DNA of 64,000 nt from an uncultured delta proteobacterium (GTDB lineage Bacteria > Desulfobacterota > Binatia > UBA9968): NCBI GenBank assembly GCA_963745835.1, contig CAVUZH010000022.1, forward strand, positions 384,001 to 448,000, written 5' to 3'. The notes below the pieces were generated by a model. That model was not told where the DNA came from and did no database searches. It saw only the letters and a list, made by a program, of their open reading frames with translations. The position numbers were made by a program, and so were the translations under genes. This document shows, one piece after another, positions 21,573 to 31,877 of this stretch (its first letter is position 1; every line of letters starts with the position of its first letter).

Positions 21573-22661
21573 TCACGGAGCTTTCAAATGGAGCAGCTTG
21601 CGAGTGTAGCCTTCAAGCTCCGCGGCCCGGCGCGACGCCGTGTGTTCAGACAGAACGCGCTCACGGGCTCGTTGCCCGATGTGGTCACGTTCTTGGGCGC
21701 TTAGTTCGAATAGGTATTCGAGCGTCTTTTCCGGTGAGTCGGCTACCAGAATCTCATCCCCCACCTTGAAAAAAGCATCCAGCCCCTCCCACCAATCGCT
21801 GATAATCGGGCAACCACAGGCAGCCGCTTCAAACAGCCGGATACTTGGTGAATAACCGGCGTCAACCATATTGGCCCGAGTTATATTGAGAGTAAAAGTT
21901 TGTTGGTTGTAAAAAGCTGGATGCGCGCATGGCGCCAGATGCTCGATGCGCTCAACATTTGTAGGCCACTCGATGGAACTGGGATACTGCGGGCCGGCAA
22001 CCACCATGCGAGCATCGGAGCAACGGCTGGCCGGATCGAGCAGCAGCTCTTGCAGACCCTGTTGGCGATCGGCGCTGTAAGTTCCCATGTAGCCCAAATC
22101 CCACCGCTTTGGCAGCGCCAGCGGTCTGTATAGATCGGCATCGACAGCGCAATACAGCGCTCGCGCCATCGGTGCGCCATAGTGCAGTTCCAGCTGCTCT
22201 AGGATCGGCCCTCCGGTAAACGAGAGATACAGCTGGTATTGTGGGATTAGGTCGGCGGAAAGGTAAAAAGAATCGCCGCGCTCCACAGAAGCCAGAGTCA
22301 CCGGCGTGTCGATATCATAAAAGGCCGTGATGCCGCGGGCGGTTTCCATGACCCACCGGCCAAGCTCAATTCCGTCTGGGACATACGAGCCTACCACCAC
22401 CAGATCGGCGTCGCGCACCATATCGTAAAAACGTTTCCTGAGTTGGTCCAAGCTGCGGTAGAGAAACGTTCCCCCCCGACGCGCATGGATTTGATCGCGA
22501 GCGGCGGCATACCAGGGCATATCGCGTTCGAGAAATAAAACCTGATGGCCGCGCTGTTCGAGTCCGCGCACCAGAGCTCGGTAAGTGGTCGCATGTCCAT
22601 TGCCCCAGGACGAAGTAATCGAAAGACCGAGGATCACAATGTTGAGCGGTTGAGTAGTCAT
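21573..22661 (-). CDS. CgeB-family (GT-B) glycosyltransferase
   Basis: SSWGNGHATTYR, FYDIDTPVT, SPSIRLFEAAACG..ISD, HT..RA. Confidence 0.88.
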   Translation of the reverse strand: MTTQPLNIVILGLSITSSWGNGHATTYRALVRGLEQRGHQVLFLERDMPWYAAARDQIHARRGGTFLYRSLDQLRKRFYDMVRDADLVVVGSYVPDGIELGRWVMETARGITAFYDIDTPVTLASVERGDSFYLSADLIPQYQLYLSFTGGPILEQLELHYGAPMARALYCAVDADLYRPLALPKRWDLGYMGTYSADRQQGLQELLLDPASRCSDARMVVAGPQYPSSIEWPTNVERIEHLAPCAHPAFYNQQTFTLNITRANMVDAGYSPSIRLFEAAACGCPIISDWWEGLDAFFKVGDEILVADSPEKTLEYLFELSAQERDHIGQRARERVLSEHTASRRAAELEGYTRKLLHLKAP

Positions 22662-23731
22662 AGACTCTGCAGCAACGATTCCAGCTCAGCGGCCCGGTGC
22701 GCATAAGTATGCTCGCCGAGGATTCGGCGCAAAGCAGCTTGCCCGATCTCTTTAGCTTGGGCTCTCGTTAAATGACGCAGCTGTTCACCGACCTCGTCGC
22801 CATCGTTGGCAACTAAACACTCGCGGTCCGGCTCGAGAAAATCTTCGATGCCATCCCAAGCATCGGTAATCAGACAGCCGGCGGCGCCGGCGACCTCGAA
22901 CAGACGAGTCGGCGGAGAGTAGCCGCAGCGCGCCATGCTTTCCCGGCAGACATTCAGAACGGCCATGGGCGTTGAATTGAAGGCGTTGTGTGCTGCGGTA
23001 TAGACGTGGCCAAGATAGGCGACATTGGCATAAGCCGGCACCGCATCGTCCCAACCGCTGCCACCGAGAATAAAGCGCATGCGTGGATTGGCTTGGGCCG
23101 GTTTGAAAAAGAATTCGAAGACCCGCGCCTCGCGATCCGGCAGGCGATTGCCGAGAAAGCTCAGCGCGCCGTCATAGCTCGAATCGGCAGGCGCGGGATG
23201 ATGCGTGCGGGGGTCCAACGCGTTGTATATTGGAAAGCATCGCTGCGCGCCAAGTTGCTTATAACTCTGCACCACCGCATCGCCACCGCCATAGGTAAGA
23301 ACCAGATCGTAGAGCGGAATCAGCGAGCGAAACGGATGGGCCTCGTCCCGACCGATTCGTTCCAGTGTCGCCGCGGCATCGACATCCCAAAAGGCAACAA
23401 TGCTGTCAGGGCGGCGCAACTCCAGAACAGTTTGTTCCAGGAGCGCATCGAAGACACCGACGCCGCTGGCCTTCACCAACAAATCCGATTCGCGCGCGGC
23501 TTTCTTGACCATCTCGATAACGGCTGACTCCCCGTCAACCGCATACACCACCGTCTGCGCGTAGGCCGTTTCGGTGAGATCTCGGTGCCGCTGCCGGTCC
23601 CAAGCATCAGGCTCATAAAAAACAATCTGATGCCCCCGCTCAAAGAGCGCGCTCAAAATTCCCCGGTAATAGGTCGCCGCGCCGTTCCAGTACGCCGACA
23701 GCAAACTCGATCCGAAAAACGCAATCTTCAT
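22658..23731 (-). CDS. CgeB-family glycosyltransferase
   Basis: SAYWNGAATYYRG, GNRLPDRE, PTRLFEVAGA, HTYAHRA. Confidence 0.88.
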   Translation of the reverse strand: MKIAFFGSSLLSAYWNGAATYYRGILSALFERGHQIVFYEPDAWDRQRHRDLTETAYAQTVVYAVDGESAVIEMVKKAARESDLLVKASGVGVFDALLEQTVLELRRPDSIVAFWDVDAAATLERIGRDEAHPFRSLIPLYDLVLTYGGGDAVVQSYKQLGAQRCFPIYNALDPRTHHPAPADSSYDGALSFLGNRLPDREARVFEFFFKPAQANPRMRFILGGSGWDDAVPAYANVAYLGHVYTAAHNAFNSTPMAVLNVCRESMARCGYSPPTRLFEVAGAAGCLITDAWDGIEDFLEPDRECLVANDGDEVGEQLRHLTRAQAKEIGQAALRRILGEHTYAHRAAELESLLQSL

Positions 23732-24867
23732 AGGTGCTTCTCGGGCGGTTGCTCCATCGCGTGATCTGATGGGACCGGCGAGTCGATGCGGTGGTAGATC
23801 TCGATCAGTTCGTCGAGCCGGTGGGCGCAGGTATGACGCTGCAGAATTGTCTTGCGCCCATGCGCCGACAATCGGCCGGCGAGTTGAGGATCGGCGAGCA
23901 GACGCTGCAGCTGCCGCTTCATCTCCGCACCGTCACGGGCGACCAGATAATCCTCGCCAGGGGTGAATAGATGTTCGCTGTCTTCCCAGGGCGCGCAAAC
24001 CAGAGGAATGCGGCAGGCCAGCGCTTCAAATGGACGAATGGTCGGAACACCGGGCAAAGCTTTGACGTAGGGCCGGCGCGGGATGTGAACCGTGACTCGG
24101 AAGCGGGCCAATGTGGCGGGCACTTGGAAGTTGGGCAACCAGCCGCCGTACTCGATACACGCGGCTGAAAGCGCTGCCAATGCTTCTGCCGGATAACGGA
24201 CGCCGTAAACGCGCGCTTTGAGACCCAGCGCTTTTACCGGCTCAAGAAGAAACTCATAGAGTTCCGCCGTGCGTTCTTCATCGCCCCAGTTGCCGATCCA
24301 GACCAGATCGCCCTCTTTTTCCTCATCGGGCAGCGGCATGAAAACTCTCGTGTCCGCGGCTTCATGCCACACCCAAACACGCTTGGCACAATTGCGCGAG
24401 CGATAAATTTCCGCAATTGCTTTACCGAAAACGAGAACACCATCATAGTCCGCCAAGTCGTAGGCCGCCATTTTCTCGGGTTCGGTAACGGACCGATGAT
24501 GCGTGTCATGAAACAGCAAGCGGTAATCGCCCTTGATTCTATGGTGCGCGCCGATTCGCCGGACCAAGGCCGGGTCATTCCATTCGTGAACGATGACGAG
24601 ATCGATCCGATCGAGCGCGCGATCCAGATCGAGAGTTGCCGGATCGTAAAAGGTGCTGCGCAAGCCGGGATAGATCTGTCGGAATGCCTCGACCGGCGCT
24701 TGGCCGTGCTCTCGCACTAAATTTGTACGACTCCATCCGTCGGCCGGTTCAAAGATCCGCAGCGTATGGCCGCGCCGCTGAACCTCCCAGGCGACACCGC
24801 GCAAGAAGTGCGCGTTGCCGTGATTCCAGTCCGACACCAGCGAATGAATAAAAAGAGCGATATTCAT
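23728..24867 (-). CDS. CgeB-family glycosyltransferase
   Basis: SDWNHGNAHFLRG, HDTHHR, PTIRPFEALAC, HTCAHR. Confidence 0.88.
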   Translation of the reverse strand: MNIALFIHSLVSDWNHGNAHFLRGVAWEVQRRGHTLRIFEPADGWSRTNLVREHGQAPVEAFRQIYPGLRSTFYDPATLDLDRALDRIDLVIVHEWNDPALVRRIGAHHRIKGDYRLLFHDTHHRSVTEPEKMAAYDLADYDGVLVFGKAIAEIYRSRNCAKRVWVWHEAADTRVFMPLPDEEKEGDLVWIGNWGDEERTAELYEFLLEPVKALGLKARVYGVRYPAEALAALSAACIEYGGWLPNFQVPATLARFRVTVHIPRRPYVKALPGVPTIRPFEALACRIPLVCAPWEDSEHLFTPGEDYLVARDGAEMKRQLQRLLADPQLAGRLSAHGRKTILQRHTCAHRLDELIEIYHRIDSPVPSDHAMEQPPEKHL

Positions 24868-25994
24868 GACGGGTATTCGCCGTGGGTTGTTTCTTCCGAG
24901 AACAGGCCCCGTTGCGCCCGCAGCAGTTTGGCGTAGATCTCCAAATATGCCCGCGCCATCCGCTCCGGTGAAAACGAATCCGCCCGTTTTCTCGCGCGCC
25001 GGGAGAAATCCTCGCGTAAGGATGGGTTTGCAATCAATTCGACAAGCGTCGCGCGAATATGCTCGGGATCGTCCGGTCGAATAAAAAGCGCGGCGTCATG
25101 CCAGATTTCGCGCAGGCTTTCAGTGTCCCCCAAAACCACAGCGCAGCCGCAGAGCGCCGCCTCCAGCGCGGATAAGCCAAACGGCTCGTAGCGAGCCGGC
25201 AAAATAAAAATCGCCGCGCGGCGAAACCACTGCCCGAGCATTTCCGGATCGAGGCGGCCTAGTAAATTCGGACCCTCCACAAGCGCCTGTTTTCCGTCGG
25301 GCGCGCGGCTCTCTCCGGCGGCATAAATCGGCCAGGGAACCTTTCCGACGATCGAGTTCAGGCTCGCAATGTTCTTGGCCTCGTCCCACAGGCGACCGGC
25401 GGTAAAGATGTAGTCTTCCTTTTTCCCGGGAGCGAAGCGCGCGCCGCTGCGACCGTTGTAAATTGGCTCTGCTGCGGCAAAGCGTCCATAATGTTTTTCC
25501 AAGGACGACAGCATCGAGCGGCTAGGCGCCGTCACTAAATCGGCGCCTTGCAGACCCAATCGCACGGCTTCCCGGTAAGATCGCCATTCCGGGCCAGGCG
25601 GCGCGCCTTTGACGGCTTCGAACCACGAGTAAACACACGAGTGGCCGACCACCAGAACCGGAACATTCCAGGGAATGGCGCCGTGGCTATATTGATTTAG
25701 ATGGATCAGGCTTGGTTGAAAGCGCGCTTCTAGATCGAGCAACCATTGTCCGGCGGCTTTCACATCGCTGCACGGCTCGTTCATCCACTCGAGCTTGTAG
25801 CTGCTCTCGCGCAGCTCGACGTTCTGCAAATCGCAAATCAATGCTCGCTCGCCGCGCTCGAGCTGCCTTCCCATGGTTGCCAGCACCACGTTGACGTCTC
25901 TCTTGGCCAGTTCCCGGCAAAGCTCCAGCGAGTATTGCCAAACTCCGCCGATGGGATCGGCGGTCATCAGTATCGGTCGCGTCGGTAACACCAC
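24864..25994 (-). CDS. Glycosyltransferase family 4
   Basis: MTADPIGGVW, AGRLWDEAKN, YEPFGLSALEAA. Confidence 0.9.
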   Translation of the reverse strand: MVLPTRPILMTADPIGGVWQYSLELCRELAKRDVNVVLATMGRQLERGERALICDLQNVELRESSYKLEWMNEPCSDVKAAGQWLLDLEARFQPSLIHLNQYSHGAIPWNVPVLVVGHSCVYSWFEAVKGAPPGPEWRSYREAVRLGLQGADLVTAPSRSMLSSLEKHYGRFAAAEPIYNGRSGARFAPGKKEDYIFTAGRLWDEAKNIASLNSIVGKVPWPIYAAGESRAPDGKQALVEGPNLLGRLDPEMLGQWFRRAAIFILPARYEPFGLSALEAALCGCAVVLGDTESLREIWHDAALFIRPDDPEHIRATLVELIANPSLREDFSRRARKRADSFSPERMARAYLEIYAKLLRAQRGLFSEETTHGEYPS

Positions 25995-26012
25995 TCGCAG
26001 TATTCCTCCCGT

Positions 26013-27065
26013 TCAATCAGAGACATTCTGCCGGTAAATTTCGTCGATTACTTCAGCCACCAGGTGCGCGGGTTCAATCCGCGCATCAAAGGTCGGGTCG
26101 ACGCTCAGCTGCTCGGCCCAGGCAACCGCGGCGCGCCCGCCCCACGGATCCGGGGGCTGGTCGAGAAGCATCCGACTGGTGCCTTGAAAACGTTCGGCAC
26201 GAAAATCGTAGAAAGAACCGCCGACGTTTTTTACGGACAAACCGCCTGCGGTGCCGAAGAAAGATGCGCTAATCAACGCATCGCGTCCCGCCGGCAGTCG
26301 CCAGGAGCAGGCCAGGTTGACGGTCGCGCCGGTCGTCAGATCCAGGCGCGCCAGAGCATAATCTTCGAGAGCGCCTGCCCGCCCCGGCACCGGTCTGCCC
26401 TGGCTGAACAAGCGGCTCGAAACTTTCTCAACGACAGGGAAATCGAGCATCCATAACGCCAGATCAATCAGGTGAATGCCCAGATCGATCATGCAACCGC
26501 CACCGGAAAATTTGCGGTCGTAGTACCAAGCTTTGTCTGGCCCATACGCATTATGAAAGACAAGATCAGCAACATAGATTGTGCCGATCTCCCCTGCGCT
26601 GATCATCTGTTTGATTTTTTGAACGCCGCGAACAAAGCGATAGGACAGGTCGACAGCTAAGAGCCGGTTCACCAGCCGCGCAGCCCGAATCACCCGCGCC
26701 GTCTCATCGGCGCTTCTTCCCAGCGGCTTCTGGCAGAAAACGGCCGTGTTGCTCTGCAGGGCGGCGATAGCTTGCTCGGCATGTAACGCCGTCGGCGTGG
26801 CGATCACCACACCATCGAGCTGCAATTCGAGCAAAGCATCCAGTGACGGCGCCGCCACTGCACCGGGAATTTGCGCGGCAACCTCGCTTGCGGCAGCGGT
26901 ATCGAAATCCGCCACCGCCGCGACTTGGACCGCGCCGCTTTCACAAATCGATTGCAGACGATGGCGGCCGATCCAGCCGACGCCGAGAAAACCCACTCGC
27001 GGCCGTAGTGAGGCGTCAGCAATGGGCAAGCAAGGTTCGGCCGATTTATCAAAGTGTCTAGTCAC
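26013..27065 (-). CDS. Gfo/Idh/MocA NAD(P)-dependent oxidoreductase
   Basis: GTG 27065 overlapping the upstream stop; GFLGVGWIG, IATPTALH, FCQKPL, GGCMIDLGIH. Confidence 0.88.
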   Translation of the reverse strand: MTRHFDKSAEPCLPIADASLRPRVGFLGVGWIGRHRLQSICESGAVQVAAVADFDTAAASEVAAQIPGAVAAPSLDALLELQLDGVVIATPTALHAEQAIAALQSNTAVFCQKPLGRSADETARVIRAARLVNRLLAVDLSYRFVRGVQKIKQMISAGEIGTIYVADLVFHNAYGPDKAWYYDRKFSGGGCMIDLGIHLIDLALWMLDFPVVEKVSSRLFSQGRPVPGRAGALEDYALARLDLTTGATVNLACSWRLPAGRDALISASFFGTAGGLSVKNVGGSFYDFRAERFQGTSRMLLDQPPDPWGGRAAVAWAEQLSVDPTFDARIEPAHLVAEVIDEIYRQNVSD

Positions 27066-27660
27066 TAATTTCTTCCGTGTTGTTGATGCAGAGAACCCGC
27101 GGCCCGTCCTGCTGCATGGCAACGATGCTGATCGATGCCGGACTGACTTCGAGCCGAAGCACAAGATCGAGCGGCATGCCCAAACAATGCGCCAGCGCGC
27201 CGCGGATAACGTCGGCATGACTGATCAGCGCAACGGTCATCGCCGGGTGGCGCCGGCACAGGAGCTCCATCAGGGCAAGCACACGGGCTTGAACCTCGAT
27301 CATCAGCTCGCCACCAGGAATGCGCGTGCAGCTACGCAGCGAATTGAAATCGCGCCATTGGGCGATGCCGCGCAAGTCGTCGAAGCTCTGCCCGCTCCAT
27401 TCGCCATAGTCGATCTCGTCGAGCTGCGGTGCGATCGTGACAGTCTCGCCAGAAAGCTCCGCCAAGAACTCTGCGGTCTCCCGCGCTCTTGGTTGAGGAC
27501 TGCTGTAGATTTTACCGATCCCCAGCTGCTTCAAGGAATGCACCAAGCGTTGGCCCTGAACTTTGCCGGCGGCGCTCAGATGCACGTTCGCATCCCGGCC
27601 GGCAAGACGACTTGGAACGCAGTCGGTGGCAGCGTGCCGGACAAAGATCAACCGTGTCAT
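27058..27660 (-). CDS. Histidine phosphatase family protein
   Basis: ATG 27660; FVRHA, YSSP..RARETA, EIDYGEW, ISHAD. Confidence 0.88.
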   Translation of the reverse strand: MTRLIFVRHAATDCVPSRLAGRDANVHLSAAGKVQGQRLVHSLKQLGIGKIYSSPQPRARETAEFLAELSGETVTIAPQLDEIDYGEWSGQSFDDLRGIAQWRDFNSLRSCTRIPGGELMIEVQARVLALMELLCRRHPAMTVALISHADVIRGALAHCLGMPLDLVLRLEVSPASISIVAMQQDGPRVLCINNTEEISD

Positions 27661-28367
27661 GGCGCGCCACATAGCTCGGCGCAGAGCTCGGTCAATGAAC
27701 TGACCACCTGGACTGTTGCCGGGCGTTGCGTTCGGCGTCGATCGAGCCAAACGCCCCGCATGCCCGCTGCCTGGCTCGCCAGCGCATCGACGTGAAGGCG
27801 ATCGCCGACATAGATCGATTGTTCGGCCGCACAACCGGCGATTCGGCAGGCAGCGCGAAAAATATCGGGATGTGGCTTAGCGGCGCCCACCTCCTGTGAC
27901 ACCACAGTCACCGCAAAGAAAGCCGCGATGCCGGTTTCTGCCAGCTTGCGCTTTTGGTGCTCGGCGCTGCCGTTGGAAATGATGCCGATAGGGTGCTGCG
28001 ATAACGCTTGCAGGCAAGGCAGCACGTCGTCGAACAGAGTCCAATGCCGGCGATAGTGCCGCTCGTAGAGCGCAAAGCAGTCATCGGCTTCGCGATCGGA
28101 GAGCTCCCAACCGATGCGACCGAACAACTCGCGCACTCGCAACCGGCGCTGCTCTTCGCTGGTAATGACGCCGGCGAAGAACGCGCGCGCATGCTTGTCG
28201 CGCAAGAAATCCCAAATCCGGCAGAAGCTGACCACCGAATAATTTCGACCCAGCGAATCGTGATAGACCGCCAGCAACTCGCGCGCAGCCGCTGCTTCGG
28301 CTTTTCGCTGGTCAATCAGGGTCTGATCGATATCGAAGAAGATCATCATTGCTGCGCAAGGTTTCAA
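27657..28367 (-). CDS. HAD-superfamily hydrolase (subfamily IA)
   Basis: FDIDQTL, IISNG, KPHPDIF, YVGD..D; start may be ATG 28349. Confidence 0.88.
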   Translation of the reverse strand: MKPCAAMMIFFDIDQTLIDQRKAEAAAARELLAVYHDSLGRNYSVVSFCRIWDFLRDKHARAFFAGVITSEEQRRLRVRELFGRIGWELSDREADDCFALYERHYRRHWTLFDDVLPCLQALSQHPIGIISNGSAEHQKRKLAETGIAAFFAVTVVSQEVGAAKPHPDIFRAACRIAGCAAEQSIYVGDRLHVDALASQAAGMRGVWLDRRRTQRPATVQVVSSLTELCAELCGAP

Positions 28368-28413
28368 ATTGATTCGAGTGAGCCCCTGAATGCCGCCCTG
28401 CTTTCCTGCTAGA

Positions 28414-28959
28414 CTATTCGCGGCTTGTTTGAGAAACCTCCCATTCCATTGCCCTCGGGCGCAGGCGCTTGCGAAAAATCCACAGTTGGAGATTCAGCGC
28501 CACGAATTTTTTTTCCGGTGTAGTGTAACTGAGCAGCCCTTCGGTGGAACCCGCAGAGCGATAACCCAGACGCTCGTAAAGCCGGCGCGCGCGCGGCTCT
28601 TGTTGATCCACCGTCAGCTCGCTCCAACGATAACCTCGCTCGAGCAGCAACCGTTCCGCGGCAATCATTAGACGGGAGCCGATGCCGTGATTGCGCAACA
28701 GTGGAAACACCCGCAGCGCCCATATCACGCCCACCGAATCGGTTTCTCGAACGCTCAGATCGAGCCATGCCTGACCGACCGGAAAATCGTCGAGATCAGC
28801 CACCAGCATCATCACCTCGCCAGCTTGCTGACGTCGAAAAGCCTCCTCGATCAGTTGGCGATATTCAGTATAGAGGCCGAACCATTCGAGCTGTGGCAAA
28901 TCCTGGCGCGCGCATTGGCGAATCTTCAGCTCTAGCTCTAAAGAGAAGCGACTTTTCAT
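28414..28959 (-). CDS. GNAT-family N-acetyltransferase
   Basis: V.P.LRNHGIGSRL (motif A), ARRLYERLGY (motif B). Confidence 0.88.
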   Translation of the reverse strand: MKSRFSLELELKIRQCARQDLPQLEWFGLYTEYRQLIEEAFRRQQAGEVMMLVADLDDFPVGQAWLDLSVRETDSVGVIWALRVFPLLRNHGIGSRLMIAAERLLLERGYRWSELTVDQQEPRARRLYERLGYRSAGSTEGLLSYTTPEKKFVALNLQLWIFRKRLRPRAMEWEVSQTSRE

Positions 28960-29403
28960 TTCTTGCTTGGTAGTACACCATCCGGTACAGCGGATGGTAA
29001 AGTCTCACCGGCTTCTCGAACCGCGTTTAGCGGCTTTGCGGCCGGTTTTCCTCGCGGCGGCCCCGCTGGATTTGCCCGCTGCGCTGCGCTTGCCGGCGGC
29101 GCGTGCGTCACACTCTCGCGGCTGACGATCTTGTTGAAATTACTCTTCTGCCCCCGCGCGGTGGTGTCCTGATAGACCAGAGCGAGTTTTTCACGATCGA
29201 ATTTTTCGAAGAATTCTTTCCACGAGATCTCCTCCAACGAACCGGAGCCGCTGTAGCCAGGAAAATCGATCCGCAGAATTCCACTATCATTCCCCTTTGC
29301 CGCGGGTGCTTTTCACGACCGCGGGGCGTCCGCCGCGGGCTTCGGCCCATTGACGGATTTCGCCGTGGTCGGTGACGGTTTTGGATTGGCTTCTACTGAC
29401 CAT
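28956..29403 (-). CDS. Conserved hypothetical protein (frameshift near 29293; alternative basic tail ending at 29005)
   Basis: GAGGAGG then ATG 29403: [30 protein letters not shown], then [24 protein letters not shown] in the next frame. Confidence 0.72.
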
Positions 29404-30344
29404 GAGTCACCCTCCTCAGTGGATTTCTTTTTGGTCGATTCATTCGTTGCCGTTCCTGCCGAGCTATAACGATGCACCATACGCGCGCAGAAATCGGCGA
29501 ACTCTTCGATGCACTGCGGCGGGCTGGTATGGTGCGGCTGGACACCGCACGATTCCGGCGTAAAGCACATCGTCAAAGTAACATCGAACTCCTCAAGAGC
29601 GCGCATCTGCCGGTCAAACCATTCCATGGCCCCCGGGCGCAGGCTGTCTGACCAGCTCAAGCCGGTGCGTAGATAACGAACATTCAATTTGCGCAGCCAG
29701 CGCACCGCTTGATCCAGCCGGTAATCCTCGAAGTGAAACCATTGGCAAATACCGAGCCGGGGCGTGTACGGCGAAAAATGTTTGAGCGCCAGCTTGGGAG
29801 TGCCGTCCTCATGAAGCAGTCCCATGTAAAAGTGGCGGTAGTATGATGAGCCCTCGGCCTCGCGATGGCGTGTCGTGGCCGGCCACGCGCGCGGCAGATC
29901 ATACAGGCTATACCAGTGTATCCGCGGCGCCCGCTCAATCAGCAGATCGGCGGTGCGCTGCAAGCCCCACTCCTGGACTTCTTCGGCGCCGAAGCTCGAG
30001 ACGCCGACTTCTGAAACCCAGATCGGCAAATCCGTCACGGCGCGAATCTCATCGAGCTTTGCCGGCCACTCATGAATATTCCAGTGATTCCAGTCCAGCG
30101 GAAAACCATGAACCGCCACCGCGTCGAGACTTTCGAGCACGTGCTGTGACTGCATATTGCGGATGAAAGCGCCGTCTATCGGAGAAATGCCGCCGAGCAC
30201 CCGGAAAAGCCGGGGATTTTCAGCCGCTACGGCGGTCGCCGCGAGCTTGACCATTTCGCCATAGATCCGCCACTCCGGATCGAGCGAAAAATCCCAATGC
30301 GATTTGTTGTTGGGCTCGTTCCAAAACATTACCGCTTCGACCAT
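29313..30344 (-). CDS. Clan GH-A-like glycoside hydrolase ('beta-xylosidase'), circularly permuted; true 3' end probably near 29400-29460
   Basis: TAATG-coupled start; WNEP acid/base, AVHGFP, WVSEVG nucleophile; LRTGLSW block at the C-terminus. Confidence 0.8.
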   Translation of the reverse strand: MVEAVMFWNEPNNKSHWDFSLDPEWRIYGEMVKLAATAVAAENPRLFRVLGGISPIDGAFIRNMQSQHVLESLDAVAVHGFPLDWNHWNIHEWPAKLDEIRAVTDLPIWVSEVGVSSFGAEEVQEWGLQRTADLLIERAPRIHWYSLYDLPRAWPATTRHREAEGSSYYRHFYMGLLHEDGTPKLALKHFSPYTPRLGICQWFHFEDYRLDQAVRWLRKLNVRYLRTGLSWSDSLRPGAMEWFDRQMRALEEFDVTLTMCFTPESCGVQPHHTSPPQCIEEFADFCARMVHRYSSAGTATNESTKKKSTEEGDSWSVEANPKPSPTTAKSVNGPKPAADAPRS

Positions 30345-31123
30345 TAGGGCTCCTCTATCTCGCCGGGCCAGTGACGGCCGCCAGCAGTGATTGCCGCGCA
30401 CCGGCAGACGTACACTTCGGCTTCAGGATTGGCTTCGATGGTGAATCCAGCGCTGCGCAGCATCGCCTCGCTGCAGGCGCGATTGGGCACCCACCAGTTG
30501 GTCGGATCGCCGGAGTATTTTTTTTCGATGAAGCACAAGCGCGGAAACCCGGGCTTCTCGAAAATATCCTCGTTCCAGAATTCGTAATCGTCCTCCAGAG
30601 ATGCGACTTCATTGCTGCCACGTTGCATCGATTGAAAGACGAATAAATCCTTGGCGACATGCCGGCGAATCAAATCCAGAGCCAGCAGCGGGTGGCGCAG
30701 ATGATAGAGAACGCCCATGAAGAGCACGATATCGAACTTTTCCGCCAGCGCGCCGACATCGTAGACCGAAAGTTTGCGGAGCTCGATGTCAACGCCGCAG
30801 ATCTCCGCGGCCAGGCGCGCCTGAAGCAAATAGTCATTGTCCGAATCGATGCCGACCACCCGCGCCGCGCCACGGCGTTTCATCTCGATGGAGTAAAAGC
30901 CGCCATTGCAACCGATGTCGAGAACCGTTTTGTCCGCGAGATTGTCCGGGATCGCGTGGGCAAAGCGTTGCCACTTCACCCGTGGGTAATCTCCAAGAAA
31001 ATGCTCGGGGGCGGTCTGCACGCCCGCCAGATCGAGGTTGTGAAACCAGGGGCCGAGCCGGCGCACTTGATTTTCGATCTCATCGCGGGTCATCTTCCGC
31101 CGAGGAACCGCAAGCCGATTCAC
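30344..31123 (-). CDS. SAM-dependent methyltransferase, TIGR04290-like family
   Basis: AGGAG then GTG 31123; PWFHNLDL, HFLGDYP, VLDIGCNGG, MGVLYHLRHP, DPTNWW.PN. Confidence 0.87.
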   Translation of the reverse strand: MNRLAVPRRKMTRDEIENQVRRLGPWFHNLDLAGVQTAPEHFLGDYPRVKWQRFAHAIPDNLADKTVLDIGCNGGFYSIEMKRRGAARVVGIDSDNDYLLQARLAAEICGVDIELRKLSVYDVGALAEKFDIVLFMGVLYHLRHPLLALDLIRRHVAKDLFVFQSMQRGSNEVASLEDDYEFWNEDIFEKPGFPRLCFIEKKYSGDPTNWWVPNRACSEAMLRSAGFTIEANPEAEVYVCRCAAITAGGRHWPGEIEEP

Positions 31124-31875
31124 GCCTTGATCTCCTGAAGTTCTGAGCGCTGCTCGGAACCGCTGAGCAGCCGGATCGCTTCGCGATAGCCGTACAGAGT
31201 GCCCACATCGACATAAGCGCTGCCGGCGCGGACGCCCCACGCCTGACCGCCTTCGCCGAGATAGGCATTGACCAGAGTGCCTACGTACTCGTCGGCGCGC
31301 CCACGCCGGCACCACAACTCATGCAGCTTGATCATGACCGAACCGGGCATCTGGAAGGCGCCCCAGACCCAGTGCGATAACGGCTCACGCGATTTGACCC
31401 GGATCTGGCGCACGCAACCCACGTCGTCGGTCAGAACGGCATCGAATAATTCTGGACGGCTCACGGGAAAAAGCAGAAACGATAAAGCATCGCGCGGCAG
31501 TGAGCAGAAACCATCTTCTGGAAACCAGATGGTATCGGGCAGGCCGATCATCACCGGATCATCGGCGCCGATTAGCGGCAGCGCGCAGAACAGCGCGTCG
31601 CACAAACCTGACGTCTGGGGCTGCACAACATAACACAAACGCGCAGGCCCGAAGCTGGCGCCGTAGTATTCGAGAATGTCACATTTGCCGGGCGAGATAA
31701 TGAAGCAGATTCGGCTGGCGCCGGCCCGAACCATGCGTTCCATAATGTATTCGCTGACCGCCCGAGGCCGCTCGGTCTCGCCATCGAAGCGGCTCCCTAC
31801 CGGCAGCAGTTCTTTGGAAAACGCCAGCGGTTGAATTCGGCGGCCGGCACCGGCGGCCGGAATGATTCCCCACAT
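31120..31875 (-). CDS. Sugar-phosphate nucleotidyltransferase (RmlA-like)
   Basis: GIIPAAGAGRRIQPL..SKELLPV, GLPD, YVDVGT. Confidence 0.88.
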   Translation of the reverse strand: MWGIIPAAGAGRRIQPLAFSKELLPVGSRFDGETERPRAVSEYIMERMVRAGASRICFIISPGKCDILEYYGASFGPARLCYVVQPQTSGLCDALFCALPLIGADDPVMIGLPDTIWFPEDGFCSLPRDALSFLLFPVSRPELFDAVLTDDVGCVRQIRVKSREPLSHWVWGAFQMPGSVMIKLHELWCRRGRADEYVGTLVNAYLGEGGQAWGVRAGSAYVDVGTLYGYREAIRLLSGSEQRSELQEIKA

Positions 31876-31877
31876 TC

